Source: Bacteroidota bacterium (GTDB lineage: Bacteria; Bacteroidota; Bacteroidia; Bacteroidales; GCA-2748055). Taken from it: 64,000 nt of DNA. Both the position numbers and the translations under genes were made by a program. The notes beneath the pieces are model-generated. The model had not been told where the DNA came from. It searched no databases and was given only the letters and a program-made list of their open reading frames with translations. Shown here one piece after another: positions 19,997-29,355 of the stretch; within the stretch, counting starts at the first letter, position 1, and each line of letters starts with the position of its first letter. The DNA lies in the NCBI GenBank assembly GCA_049325415.1, contig JBMOLL010000071.1:5440-69439 (forward strand), written 5' to 3'.

Positions 19997-20274
19997 TTCA
20001 AAAAATAGTTAAATCAATTCTAAATAATTGATAATCCCATTTTATACAATAGAAAAATCTGATGCACAAACGGCTAAATCAGATCCCCTTTTGAACTGTT
20101 TTTTGTATGTCACTGCAAGGGTCGTTCTCTTTTCACAATAAATATTAGGGGGATCATCGTGACTTATAGGGATTGTGAGACTTCCCGAAGGGTCAGGACA
20201 GGCTGATTCTTCATCCTCTGCTCAGTGAGGCGGGATACATTCGCTTTGCCTGCATGCATCGGATTGGCTGCAGA

Positions 20275-21189
20275 TCAGAACTTTCCTTTCCGGGCACGGG
20301 GATGGTAACTGATCATGTTTTCCCTGAGGTATTCCCGGTCCAGATGAGTGTAAATCTCGGTGGTCAGAATGGACTCATGCCCGAGCATCTCCTGAACAGC
20401 CCGGAGATCTGCTCCCCCTTCCACCAGGTGAGTGGCAAAGGAGTGCCGGAAGGTATGCGGACTGATATTCTTCTTTATACCTGCCTGTTCCGCCAGTTCC
20501 TTGACCACGGTAAAAACCATTACCCTGCTCAGCCTTCCACCCCGTCGGTTCAGAAATAAGATATCGCTGTCGGCCTTCCTGATTATGGAAAGCTGGTTCC
20601 TGTCGGGCAGGTAAAGATCAATCTCGCGAAGAGCCTGGGTACTTACCGGGATAAGCCGCTCCTTATCGCCTTTCCCGATAACGCGGATAAAACCTTCATC
20701 CCGGTACATATCCGTGATCCTGAAACTTACCAGTTCACTTACCCTCAGTCCGCAACTGTACATCAGTTCCAGCATGGCTTTGTTCCTCCTTCCTTCCGGT
20801 TTGCTCAGGTCGATAAAAGAGAAAAGCAGGTCGATCTCAGCCACCGTCAGCACCTCCGGAAGTTTCCTTCCTGTTTTAGGGCTTTGCAGCAGGGCCGAGG
20901 GGTCATCACTGATCCTTTCCTCGATTGCCAGATACCTGAAAAAAGCCTTGATGCCCGAGAGGATCCTGGCCTGCGAACGCGGGCTCATACCCAGTTCGGT
21001 GATCCATTCCAGGAAATCACCCAGGTCCTTTGCAGTGACCTGCTCGGGCGACCTGGTCTCACCTCTGGACTCATAAAACATGGTCAGTTTTCCGATATCC
21101 GCCAGGTAGGCCTCAATGGAATTCTCCGAAAGTGACTTTTCCAGTTTCAGAAAGGTTCTGAACTCTTCCATATCCGACTTCCACAACAT
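20275..21189 (-). CDS. xerD: Site-specific tyrosine recombinase XerD
   Basis: 304 aa. N-terminal SAM-like domain (FLKLEKSLSENSIEAYLADI) and catalytic C-terminus (HTFRHSFATHLVEGGADLRAVQEMLGHESILTTEIYTHL). Confidence 0.85.
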   Translation of the reverse strand: MLWKSDMEEFRTFLKLEKSLSENSIEAYLADIGKLTMFYESRGETRSPEQVTAKDLGDFLEWITELGMSPRSQARILSGIKAFFRYLAIEERISDDPSALLQSPKTGRKLPEVLTVAEIDLLFSFIDLSKPEGRRNKAMLELMYSCGLRVSELVSFRITDMYRDEGFIRVIGKGDKERLIPVSTQALREIDLYLPDRNQLSIIRKADSDILFLNRRGGRLSRVMVFTVVKELAEQAGIKKNISPHTFRHSFATHLVEGGADLRAVQEMLGHESILTTEIYTHLDREYLRENMISYHPRARKGKF

Positions 21190-21460
21190 AGCTGTTTGTC
21201 TGACAAAACTTTATGGTACATCAACTGTTATAATACAGGATCAAATTTAACAATTAATACGGAGAGACAGGGTTAATCCGGTGACAGGATCGAATTTCCC
21301 ATCCGGACAAGAACAGGAAATTATTCGGATGTTTAATGTAATGATATTCTGAATTTTAAGATTGTCATCAACACATGAAACAGAAATAATCCGGTATTTC
21401 CGGACTGCAGGTCCGGAGGCTTTGGTTCCTGGAGCATAAAACGGAATGAACAAAACTTCT

Positions 21461-21468
21461 TACATTTG
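21461..21468 (+). promoter_or_regulatory. Bacteroidota -7 promoter motif (TAcaTTTG) upstream of pyk
   Basis: Exact TAnnTTTG match 18 nt upstream of the pyk ATG, implying a very short leader. No properly spaced -33 element was seen. Confidence 0.35.
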
Positions 21469-21485
21469 CGCCCGAAAACGTAGTT

Positions 21486-22889
21486 ATGAAAAAAACCAAA
21501 ATTGTTGCCACCATCTCGGACCTGAGATGTGATGTGGATTTTATACGCGGGCTTTATGAAGCCGGCATGAATGTGGTGCGTTTGAACACCGCCCACCAAT
21601 CGGAGAACGACACACTGAAGATTATTGAAAATGTCAGGAAGGTTTCCAATAAAATTGCCATCCTGATTGATACGAAGGGACCTGAAATCAGAACAAAAGA
21701 CATTGATGAACCCCTTATCCTGCTGAAGGATGAACTGGTCCATGTTTGTCCGGGCACTGCTGCAACAGACGGTATCAAATCCTTCTGCACCAGTTACAAT
21801 GGCTTCGTCGATGAAATGGAGATCGGCAAATCCATCCTGATCGATGATGGTTCGCTTGAACTTGAAGCGGTTTCGAGGGAAAACGGTTACCTGGTATGCA
21901 AAGCCCTTCACGACGGGATTATTAAGAACAAGAAAAGTATAAACGTACCGGGTGTAAGCTTCAGGCTGCCTTCGGTAACCGACAAGGACCGCTCGTATAT
22001 CTCCTTTGCCATCAGCAATGACCTCGACTTTATCGCACACTCCTTTGTACGAAATAAAAATGATGTAAGGGAACTTCAGCAGATCATTGACGAGCATAAC
22101 AGTCCGATCAAGATCATTGCCAAGATCGAGAATCAGGAAGGCGTGGACCATATCGATGAGATCCTCGACGAGGTATACGGGATCATGGTTGCCAGGGGTG
22201 ACCTTGGTATAGAGGTCCCGTTTGAGAAAATCCCCGCCATTCAGAATATGCTGATCAAAAAATGTATTGCCCGGCGTAAGCCCGTGATCATAGCCACCCA
22301 GATGCTGCATACCATGATCAATGAGCCCAGACCTACCCGTGCCGAGGTGAACGACATTGCCAATGCAGTCTGGGGCAAGACCGATGCCCTGATGCTTTCC
22401 GGAGAAACAGCCTATGGAAATTACCCGCTCGAGTCGGTGAAAACGATGGCCCGAATTGCCGAGGAAGTGGAAAAAAGCAGGAAGGATATCCACGAAACCG
22501 AAGTGGCGGTCATCACCACCGAGATTTCCGCCTTCATCAGTAAATCGGCGGTTGAAGCCTCGGTAGGGCTCGACGCCAAGGCCATCATTGCCGATACCAC
22601 CTGGGGAAGGACAATCAGAAACATGGCGGGCTACAGGGGGAGAAAAGAGATTATCGCCTATTGCTACAGCGAACGGACCATGCGGGAACTGGCCCTTTCA
22701 TTCGGAGTAACACCCGAATTTCTTCCCACCTCCGGTTCCAAGCACGATTTTATTCATACAGCGCTGAATTCCCTGCTCGGTTCAGGTAAAGTTAAACCGG
22801 AGGACCGGATCATTGTGGTTGGCGGTAATTTCGGAGCACATTTCGGTGCCAGTTATATTGAGATCAGTACGGTGGATAACCTGCTCTGA
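21486..22889 (+). CDS. pyk: Pyruvate kinase
   Basis: 467 aa with MKKTKIVATISD, TKGPEIRT, MVARGDLGIE and LSGETA. Confidence 0.95.
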   Translation: MKKTKIVATISDLRCDVDFIRGLYEAGMNVVRLNTAHQSENDTLKIIENVRKVSNKIAILIDTKGPEIRTKDIDEPLILLKDELVHVCPGTAATDGIKSFCTSYNGFVDEMEIGKSILIDDGSLELEAVSRENGYLVCKALHDGIIKNKKSINVPGVSFRLPSVTDKDRSYISFAISNDLDFIAHSFVRNKNDVRELQQIIDEHNSPIKIIAKIENQEGVDHIDEILDEVYGIMVARGDLGIEVPFEKIPAIQNMLIKKCIARRKPVIIATQMLHTMINEPRPTRAEVNDIANAVWGKTDALMLSGETAYGNYPLESVKTMARIAEEVEKSRKDIHETEVAVITTEISAFISKSAVEASVGLDAKAIIADTTWGRTIRNMAGYRGRKEIIAYCYSERTMRELALSFGVTPEFLPTSGSKHDFIHTALNSLLGSGKVKPEDRIIVVGGNFGAHFGASYIEISTVDNLL

Positions 22890-23474
22890 TCACCAGGGAA
22901 AACGATCCGACATCAGGATCAGTGAAATCCCCAGTCCGGCGCCGGCCAGCACCAGATTCCATTCCCGGCGGTTCACCTTCAGCAGTCCGGTGAATATCCA
23001 GCTCAATAGCACCAGAACGGATACGATTATGATCTGTCCGATCTCTATCCCGACATTAAAGGAGAATAGCGGCAGGAGGATGGAACTTTCGGCACCGAGC
23101 AGACCATGCAGGTAATTTGAAAAACCAAGTCCGTGGATCAGACCGAAGAACAGAGCTGAACCATATTTCACAAGGTGCAAACCGATCCCGACCTGTTCTT
23201 TCTTACCGGCGATGTTACCTACCGCAGTAATGAAGATTGTCAGGGGAATCAGGAATTCCACAAGGGAGGAAGGTATGGAGAGCATTCCAAGTGTGGCCAG
23301 CAAAAGGGTCAGTGAATGCCCGATGGTAAAAGCCGTGATCAGGATCAGTATTCTTTTCCATTCCTTCAGGGGATAGACCGAGCAGAGGGTTATGATGAAA
23401 AGAATGTGGTCATAGCTCTTAAAATCAGCAATATGACTGATCCCGAGGCGAAGATAGAGTTCAAATATTGACAT
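22890..23474 (-). CDS. HupE/UreJ family membrane protein (putative metal transporter)
   Basis: 194 aa with about 6 TM helices. The N-terminal GISHIADFKSYDHILF motif is characteristic of the HupE/UreJ_2-type family. Confidence 0.78.
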   Translation of the reverse strand: MSIFELYLRLGISHIADFKSYDHILFIITLCSVYPLKEWKRILILITAFTIGHSLTLLLATLGMLSIPSSLVEFLIPLTIFITAVGNIAGKKEQVGIGLHLVKYGSALFFGLIHGLGFSNYLHGLLGAESSILLPLFSFNVGIEIGQIIIVSVLVLLSWIFTGLLKVNRREWNLVLAGAGLGISLILMSDRFPW

Positions 23475-23516
23475 CTGTTGGGGTTTAAATTACAAGTTTA
23501 ACGTAATTTTGCACTC

Positions 23517-24008
23517 ATGATTGCACTTTTGACACTATATACCGCCCTTTTCACCGGGCTTTTCACCTGTCACCCGGTGCATATTTCGGTTTCCAACTCG
23601 GAGATAAGGAATAATACCCTCGATATGACCCTGAGGAGTTTCCGCGATGATCTGCAGACGGCTTATTTTCACTACCATGGGAAAGAGATCGATTACTCCC
23701 GGCAGGAAAATCTACGAAGTACCTGGCTCACAGACTATCTGAAGCAGTCCCTCGTTATTGTTTCTTTTCCCATGAAGGATACACTTGATCTGGAGTATGT
23801 TTCGGCCAGGCTCGACGAGGACGCTGTTGTCTTTGAATTCAAGGCCGGGATTCCGGATCAGGCAAAATCTTTATACATTTACAATGGATTTCTTCTCGAC
23901 ATCTATGCCGATCAATCGAACCTGATGATCTTCGGTATTTCCGGTTCGCAGCGTGGTATGAAATTTGATGCCGGGAACAGAGAGCAAGAATTGAAGCTGA
24001 AACAATGA
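23517..24008 (+). CDS. Conserved Bacteroidota hypothetical protein (DUF6702-like; family number from memory)
   Basis: 163 aa with an N-terminal hydrophobic leader. This is followed by HPVHISVSNSEIRNNTLDMTLRSFRDDLQ, resembling the H-x-x-H-V-S-V-T...R-x-F-x-DDL pattern of that family. The stop is 1 nt before the next start. Confidence 0.6.
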   Translation: MIALLTLYTALFTGLFTCHPVHISVSNSEIRNNTLDMTLRSFRDDLQTAYFHYHGKEIDYSRQENLRSTWLTDYLKQSLVIVSFPMKDTLDLEYVSARLDEDAVVFEFKAGIPDQAKSLYIYNGFLLDIYADQSNLMIFGISGSQRGMKFDAGNREQELKLKQ

Positions 24009-24009
24009 A

Positions 24010-26619
24010 ATGAAGCGATTTCTCTACCTGCTGATCATATTGTCCGTTAGTGCTTCTGACCTGTGGGCCACCCATAACCGTGCCGGTGAAATCACCCTGA
24101 ACCAGATCGATGAACTGACCTATGAGATCCATATCACTACCTTTACCTATACCCTCAGTGCCGCCGACCGTCCGAGGCTGGAAGTGATGTGGGGGGATAA
24201 CACCTATAGCTATGCCGACAGGAAATCGATCACCCGCCTGCCCAACTTTTACCAGAAGAATGTTTATATCAGTCAGCATACCTTCCCCGGACCCGGAACC
24301 TACGAAATTGTAGTTCAGGACCCTAACCGTAACCAGGGAGTGAAAAACATCCCAAACTCGGTTAATGTCGTCTTCTCCATCAAAACAACCATCACCATAA
24401 ATCCTGTTATCGGGCAGAACTCAACTCCGGTATTGCTGAATCCACCGATCGACCGTGCAGCATGGCGGCAACCTTTTATTCATAATCCTGCCGCCTATGA
24501 CCCCGATGGTGACAGCATATCTTACAAGCTTACGACCTGCACGGCTGAAGACGGAAAACCGATCGAAGGCTATACCCTGCCGCCAGCCAGTGATACCCTG
24601 TTCATTGATCCCAGGACCGGCGACCTGACCTGGATCTCCCCTGTTGATACGGGCATTTACAATATAGCCATTGATGTGGAGGAATACAGGAAAGGGGTTA
24701 AGATCGGAAATATTGTAAGGGATATGCAGATCGAGGTTTATAATACGGATAACCACGCCCCTGTGCAGACACTGGAAGGCGACCTGTGTGTTCAGGCCGG
24801 TACACTGATCAGTTTTGATGTCATTGCGACCGATGCCGATTTGGATTCCATTCACCAGACTGCCTCCGGAGGTCCATTTATTGTCGATCATTCACCGGCC
24901 GGGTTTACTGTGGATCAGTCAAGCCGTGACCTTGGCTACAGCAAAGCCAGCTTTAGCTGGCAAACCAACTGCTACCATGTGCGCCAGCAATACTACACTG
25001 TAATTTTCAAGGCGGAGGACAATAATGACGATACCAAACTTGTCGACCTCAGAAATATCAACATCAAGGTTTTGGGAACCCCGCCTCCACCGCCTTTGCT
25101 GATACCGGGCAGCAGCAGTGTCACCCTGGTGTGGGAACCCGATACCTGCCTGGCCGTCAGCGGTTACCAGGTGTACCGTAAAAGCAATCTGTCGGGCTAT
25201 ACACCCGACAGTTGCCAGGGCGGCGTTCCTGCAGAGACCGGTTATATCCTGGTGGGCAAGCTTTCATCGCGGACCGACACCCTTTTTACAGATGATGCGA
25301 AAGGGAAAGGGTTGGAGCAGGGTATGGAGTACTGCTACATGCTCGTATCGGTGTATCCCGACGGAGCCCTGAGTTTTCCAACTCCCGAGCAGTGCACGCC
25401 CCTGGTTGCAGGTACCCCTTCCATCCTCCAGGTAAGTGTCGGGCAGCAGGGCAGCGCAGGAAGGATCGATCTGGCCTGGTCCACTTCTGCCGATCTTGAC
25501 ACTGTACCGGGGCCCTATCGTTACCAGATATACCGTTCGGACGACTATCTTGGAAAAAACCTTCAGCAGATTGCACTTAAACCGGTTGCCGATCTGAGCG
25601 ATACCTTATATAGCGATGAAGGTCTGAATACCGATCTTTTCCCCTATTCCTACAGGGTTGAACTATACCACCAGGTTGCCGGATCTTGGGAAATAATAAG
25701 GGATGCGGAAACAGCTTCCTCACTTGTGCCGGTGCTCAGAGGTGAGGACCAGCAGATTGTGATCAACATGGAAAAGAATGTACCCTGGATAAATTACGAT
25801 TACACTGTTTACAGGTTTAACAACCAGAGCGCTGTCTTTGACTCAATTGGTTTCACGACGACTCCCTTTTATACCGATACCCGCCTGAAAAACGGCACCG
25901 AATACTGCTACAAGGTGATCAGTCATGGCTGGAGGATCCTCGACGATATGCTGATTGAAAACAGCAACACCAGTCATGTAAACTGCACTGCACCGATCGA
26001 CACCTTTCCTCCCTGTCCACCCCAGTTTAATGGTTTCTCCTTCTGCGACAGCTCTTACAACAAGCTCACCTGGAAATATTCCACGGATACCTGTTCGGAA
26101 GATGTGATCGGTTACCGCTTATATTATTCCCAGACCCTGGACGGTACTTCGGATATGATTGCCAGCTTCAGTCAGCGGAGCGATTCCCTGTATTTTCATT
26201 ACCCGGCCGAATCACTGACCGGCTGCTACTACATTACCGCGATCGACTCCTTTGCCAACGAATCGGTGCCGTCGGTTCGCATTTGTCTGGACGAATGTTC
26301 CAATTATGCCCTGCCCAATGTCTTCTCTCCCAACAATGACGGGATCAATGATCTCTACAAATCATTCAAGAAGGCTTACATTGACCGGGTCAATATGAAG
26401 ATATACAATCGCTGGGGGCTCCTCGTTTTCGAAACGGAGGATCCGGATATCAACTGGGATGGCAAGATCCTGAATACCAACGATGTGGTATCGCCTGGTA
26501 TCTATTATTATTTCTGCGATGTATTTGAATACCGCCTGAGCGGACTGGTTGAATATAACCTGTCGGGCTTCATTTATGTTTATTCAGGGAAAACAAATGA
26601 TGTTATTATTGAAAAATAG
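24010..26619 (+). CDS. T9SS type-B sorting-domain protein (large cell-surface adhesin-like protein)
   Basis: 869 aa with a signal peptide, then ATHNRAGEIT. It has cadherin-like DPDGDSISYKL / ATDADLDSI segments and FN3-like regions. The C-terminal gliding-motility-associated CTD is present (LPNVFSPNNDGINDLY...IYNRWGLLVFE...WDGK...PGIYYY). Confidence 0.85.
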   Translation: MKRFLYLLIILSVSASDLWATHNRAGEITLNQIDELTYEIHITTFTYTLSAADRPRLEVMWGDNTYSYADRKSITRLPNFYQKNVYISQHTFPGPGTYEIVVQDPNRNQGVKNIPNSVNVVFSIKTTITINPVIGQNSTPVLLNPPIDRAAWRQPFIHNPAAYDPDGDSISYKLTTCTAEDGKPIEGYTLPPASDTLFIDPRTGDLTWISPVDTGIYNIAIDVEEYRKGVKIGNIVRDMQIEVYNTDNHAPVQTLEGDLCVQAGTLISFDVIATDADLDSIHQTASGGPFIVDHSPAGFTVDQSSRDLGYSKASFSWQTNCYHVRQQYYTVIFKAEDNNDDTKLVDLRNINIKVLGTPPPPPLLIPGSSSVTLVWEPDTCLAVSGYQVYRKSNLSGYTPDSCQGGVPAETGYILVGKLSSRTDTLFTDDAKGKGLEQGMEYCYMLVSVYPDGALSFPTPEQCTPLVAGTPSILQVSVGQQGSAGRIDLAWSTSADLDTVPGPYRYQIYRSDDYLGKNLQQIALKPVADLSDTLYSDEGLNTDLFPYSYRVELYHQVAGSWEIIRDAETASSLVPVLRGEDQQIVINMEKNVPWINYDYTVYRFNNQSAVFDSIGFTTTPFYTDTRLKNGTEYCYKVISHGWRILDDMLIENSNTSHVNCTAPIDTFPPCPPQFNGFSFCDSSYNKLTWKYSTDTCSEDVIGYRLYYSQTLDGTSDMIASFSQRSDSLYFHYPAESLTGCYYITAIDSFANESVPSVRICLDECSNYALPNVFSPNNDGINDLYKSFKKAYIDRVNMKIYNRWGLLVFETEDPDINWDGKILNTNDVVSPGIYYYFCDVFEYRLSGLVEYNLSGFIYVYSGKTNDVIIEK

Positions 26620-27835
26620 GTCTTTCACAGGATCGGCCACGATCCTTCTCCTGTTGCTCCTTCCGGCAATCCTGTTTTCGCAGGAACCCGGGGATGACCG
26701 GATGCAGGGGTATGCCTTTTATTACCGCAACCTCCCCGACTCCGCGCTTTTCTCTTTCGACCGTTATCTGAAGGTTCACCCGGATGATCTGGGTGTCCTG
26801 CTCCTCAGGGGTGAACTGTTATTCGAAAAGAAAGAGTATGAAAAAGCAACCGCAGATTTTCTAGCCGTGGAGCGAAAAAGAAAGGGCATGGCGGCTTTCT
26901 GGCTGGCCAGGACGGAGGTTCGTTTAAATCATCCCCTGCAGGCAATTTCCCATCTTCGTGAGCATCTTTCTTCGCGTTACCGTGAACCCGAAAAGGTGAT
27001 CCTACTTGATGAGGATATGGCACGGCTGGAAAACCTGCCCGAATGGAAACAGCTCTGGAACGAAAAAGAGTGGTACAGCCAGGCCGACAGGGACCTGCAG
27101 GAGGCGGAAAAGCTGATCCGTGACCAGGATTTGCCCGATGCCTTAAATATCCTGGTAAGTCTCGACCGAAGCGGGATACGGCGAAGTGAGGTGAGAATGC
27201 TTAAGAGCGAGATCTATTTTCGTTCAGGCAATATGAAAGCTGCACTTGAGGAATGTGAAGCGGCAGTAAAAAGTGATGTACGAAACCATGAAGCTCTTGA
27301 AAAAAGGGCCAGGCTCTACCTTGCCAGCGGAAAAGCAGATAAGGCCCTTGAAGACTGCAATAAATTGCTTTACCTCGAACCTGCCGCATTTGAGATCTAC
27401 CTGCTCCGGGCCGCCTCGTATGAGAAATCGGGTTTACTGGCGGAGGCTCTGACCGACTACGACCTGTACCTGAAGTATTTTCCAATGGCCGATTCGGTCC
27501 ATTATGCCCGTGGGATGAACCTCTTCCTCCAGAAAAAATACATCGGTGCCCTGGGGAGTCTGAACCGGGCCCTGGAACTCGACAGGTGGAAGGCCATTTA
27601 TTACACCGGCCGGGGACAGGTATATGCGGCCACCGGCTCACTTAACTTTGCCAGGAAGGATTTCTCCATGTCACTGGATATTGATCCGATGAACGGAGAC
27701 ACCTGGCTGGAGAAAGCAAAAACGGAAGCCAGGCTGGGAAATAAAGAGGAAGCCTGTCATGATTACCAGAAAGCCCTGCAACTGGGAAAGAATGAAGCCC
27801 TGAACTGGCTGCAGTCGAACTGTCAAAAGCCATAA
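26597..27835 (+). CDS. TPR-repeat protein with N-terminal signal/anchor
   Basis: The likely start is MMLLLKNRSF at 26597, because the ORF-track start at 26549 lies deep inside the adhesin gene. It has a hydrophobic N-terminus and multiple TPR units (for example AIYYTGRGQVYAATGSLNFARKDFSMSLDIDP). It overlaps the upstream gene by 23 nt. Confidence 0.78.
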   Translation: MMLLLKNRSFTGSATILLLLLLPAILFSQEPGDDRMQGYAFYYRNLPDSALFSFDRYLKVHPDDLGVLLLRGELLFEKKEYEKATADFLAVERKRKGMAAFWLARTEVRLNHPLQAISHLREHLSSRYREPEKVILLDEDMARLENLPEWKQLWNEKEWYSQADRDLQEAEKLIRDQDLPDALNILVSLDRSGIRRSEVRMLKSEIYFRSGNMKAALEECEAAVKSDVRNHEALEKRARLYLASGKADKALEDCNKLLYLEPAAFEIYLLRAASYEKSGLLAEALTDYDLYLKYFPMADSVHYARGMNLFLQKKYIGALGSLNRALELDRWKAIYYTGRGQVYAATGSLNFARKDFSMSLDIDPMNGDTWLEKAKTEARLGNKEEACHDYQKALQLGKNEALNWLQSNCQKP

Positions 27836-27837
27836 GC

Positions 27838-28359
27838 ATGGAAAACGGAAATGAAGCGCTACGGGAAAAGGATCAGGTATCCAGACTGAGATCGGGAAAT
27901 GTAACGGCTATTCTATCCACGATCAATGAGATCAGGAAGAGCGGGAAGGTAAGCATCCTCCCGGTGATTTTCGAAATCCTTGCCGATGGGCCGGATGAAA
28001 GGGTTTATTCGGAGTTGTTGCGTTTTTTAAACGATATAAAAGACAAGGAAGCCATTCCTTTTATTATTGATGCCATAGGGAACAGCGAATACGTGTCGAT
28101 CAGGAAAGAACTGGTCGCAGCGTGCTGGCAAAATAACCTGGGCTACAGCTCCTATACAGGCGTGTTTATTGAGCAGGCGCTCAATGGAAGCTACGAAGTG
28201 GCCATTGAAGCATTCACCGTCATTGAAGACTCCATCGGGGAACTGAGCCAGGAGGAAAGAAAGAAACTTGCCGGCGCAATGCGCAAAAAAGCGACAGCGA
28301 TCGATGACGTGAAACAGCCCCTGATTCAGGAGCTGATCCGGATGATTGAAAGTTTCTGA
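27838..28359 (+). CDS. Hypothetical protein, HEAT/PBS-lyase-repeat-like
   Basis: 173-aa helical protein that starts 2 nt after the TPR stop. Repeats such as LLRFLNDIKDKEAIPFIIDAIGNSE resemble HEAT-like repeats. The assignment is weak. Confidence 0.5.
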   Translation: MENGNEALREKDQVSRLRSGNVTAILSTINEIRKSGKVSILPVIFEILADGPDERVYSELLRFLNDIKDKEAIPFIIDAIGNSEYVSIRKELVAACWQNNLGYSSYTGVFIEQALNGSYEVAIEAFTVIEDSIGELSQEERKKLAGAMRKKATAIDDVKQPLIQELIRMIESF

Positions 28360-29340
28360 TCAGTGCATCTGTGAGAAATACCGGATAAACTGTGACCGTT
28401 CGTACATTGCCGGGTCCTTGATCTTTGCATAGCTTAGCCTGCCCCTCATCTCGTTGATACTGTGAAAGCCCTTTTTCTCCATCCAGGCTTTAAGTTCAGC
28501 AGTCATCACCTTAATGTAATCAATGCCGTTACGGTAGAGTACCGAACAAACCTGGGTGGCAACCGCACCTGCAAGGATCTGTTTTGCCATGGCCTGCCCG
28601 CTGTGGATCCCTGTTGAGGCTGCAATATCAATTTTTTCCACTTCGGATGATACAATTCCCACCCAGCGCAGCGAATCCCGAATGTCGGCAGGCGAACTCA
28701 GGACTTCTGCCGTGCCGAACGACAGGTCATCAAGATTGATATCGGGTGCATAGAACCTGTTAAACAGGACTACGGCGTCGGCTCCTCTTACCCTGAGCTG
28801 ATCCACTACCGCCACCGGATTAGTGAAGTGGTTGCCCAGTTTCACGACTACGGGAAGCGAAGTAGCTGCTTTCACACTGGTAACCAGGTCGAAATAAACC
28901 CTCTCAAATTTCTCGGCAGGACTGTTTTTATCAATCGGAAGAAAATATACATTCAGTTCAATGGCATCGGCACCGGCTTTTTCAATTTCCTTCGCGAAGG
29001 ACACCCATTCGCTTGAACTGACACAGTTTACACTGGCAATAACCGGAATATCGACCCTTGAACGGGCTTCTTTAATCAGGTGGAGGTAAGAGGACAGGGT
29101 ATTTTCTCTCGAATAGTTTGCCAGGTAATCATAAGCCTCAGGATAATCGGGGCTTCCGGATGAAAGCTGGCCGACCTCAAATCTGATCTGTTCCTCGAAC
29201 AGCGATTTCAGCACCACTGCTCCGGCACCGGCTGCCGCAATCTTTTCAATCCTGTCTGCAGACTGGGTAAGTCCGCTGCTACTGACAATAACCGGGCTTT
29301 TCAGTTTCAGACCGGCATAACGTGTTGTAAGATCAACCAT
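28360..29340 (-). CDS. Dihydroorotate dehydrogenase-like flavoprotein (class 1 TIM-barrel family)
   Basis: 326 aa. YAGLKLKSPVIVSSSGLT...GAGAVVLKSLFEEQ and the later barrel motifs resemble the PyrD/DPD-like family. The substrate cannot be assigned. Confidence 0.75.
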   Translation of the reverse strand: MVDLTTRYAGLKLKSPVIVSSSGLTQSADRIEKIAAAGAGAVVLKSLFEEQIRFEVGQLSSGSPDYPEAYDYLANYSRENTLSSYLHLIKEARSRVDIPVIASVNCVSSSEWVSFAKEIEKAGADAIELNVYFLPIDKNSPAEKFERVYFDLVTSVKAATSLPVVVKLGNHFTNPVAVVDQLRVRGADAVVLFNRFYAPDINLDDLSFGTAEVLSSPADIRDSLRWVGIVSSEVEKIDIAASTGIHSGQAMAKQILAGAVATQVCSVLYRNGIDYIKVMTAELKAWMEKKGFHSINEMRGRLSYAKIKDPAMYERSQFIRYFSQMH

Positions 29341-29355
29341 AGTATTTTCTTTACA

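Noticed and set aside
20185-20240. GGUCAGG-containing stretch reminiscent of the SRP (4.5S) RNA conserved helix
   Set aside because: The rest of the SRP domain IV signature (GGAA tetraloop, AGCAGCC side) is absent on both strands, so the similarity is a short chance match.
20275-21189. Tyrosine recombinase as a marker of an integrated mobile element
   Set aside because: The sequence has the XerD-type N-terminal domain and a housekeeping-like length. No tRNA, direct repeats, phage or transposon genes flank it, and both neighbours are central-metabolism genes.
21333-22493. 386-aa minus-strand ORF opposite pyk
   Set aside because: It is antisense to pyruvate kinase, which has clear motifs. The ORF would also run across the pyk promoter region. 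No domain signature is present. It is a shadow ORF.
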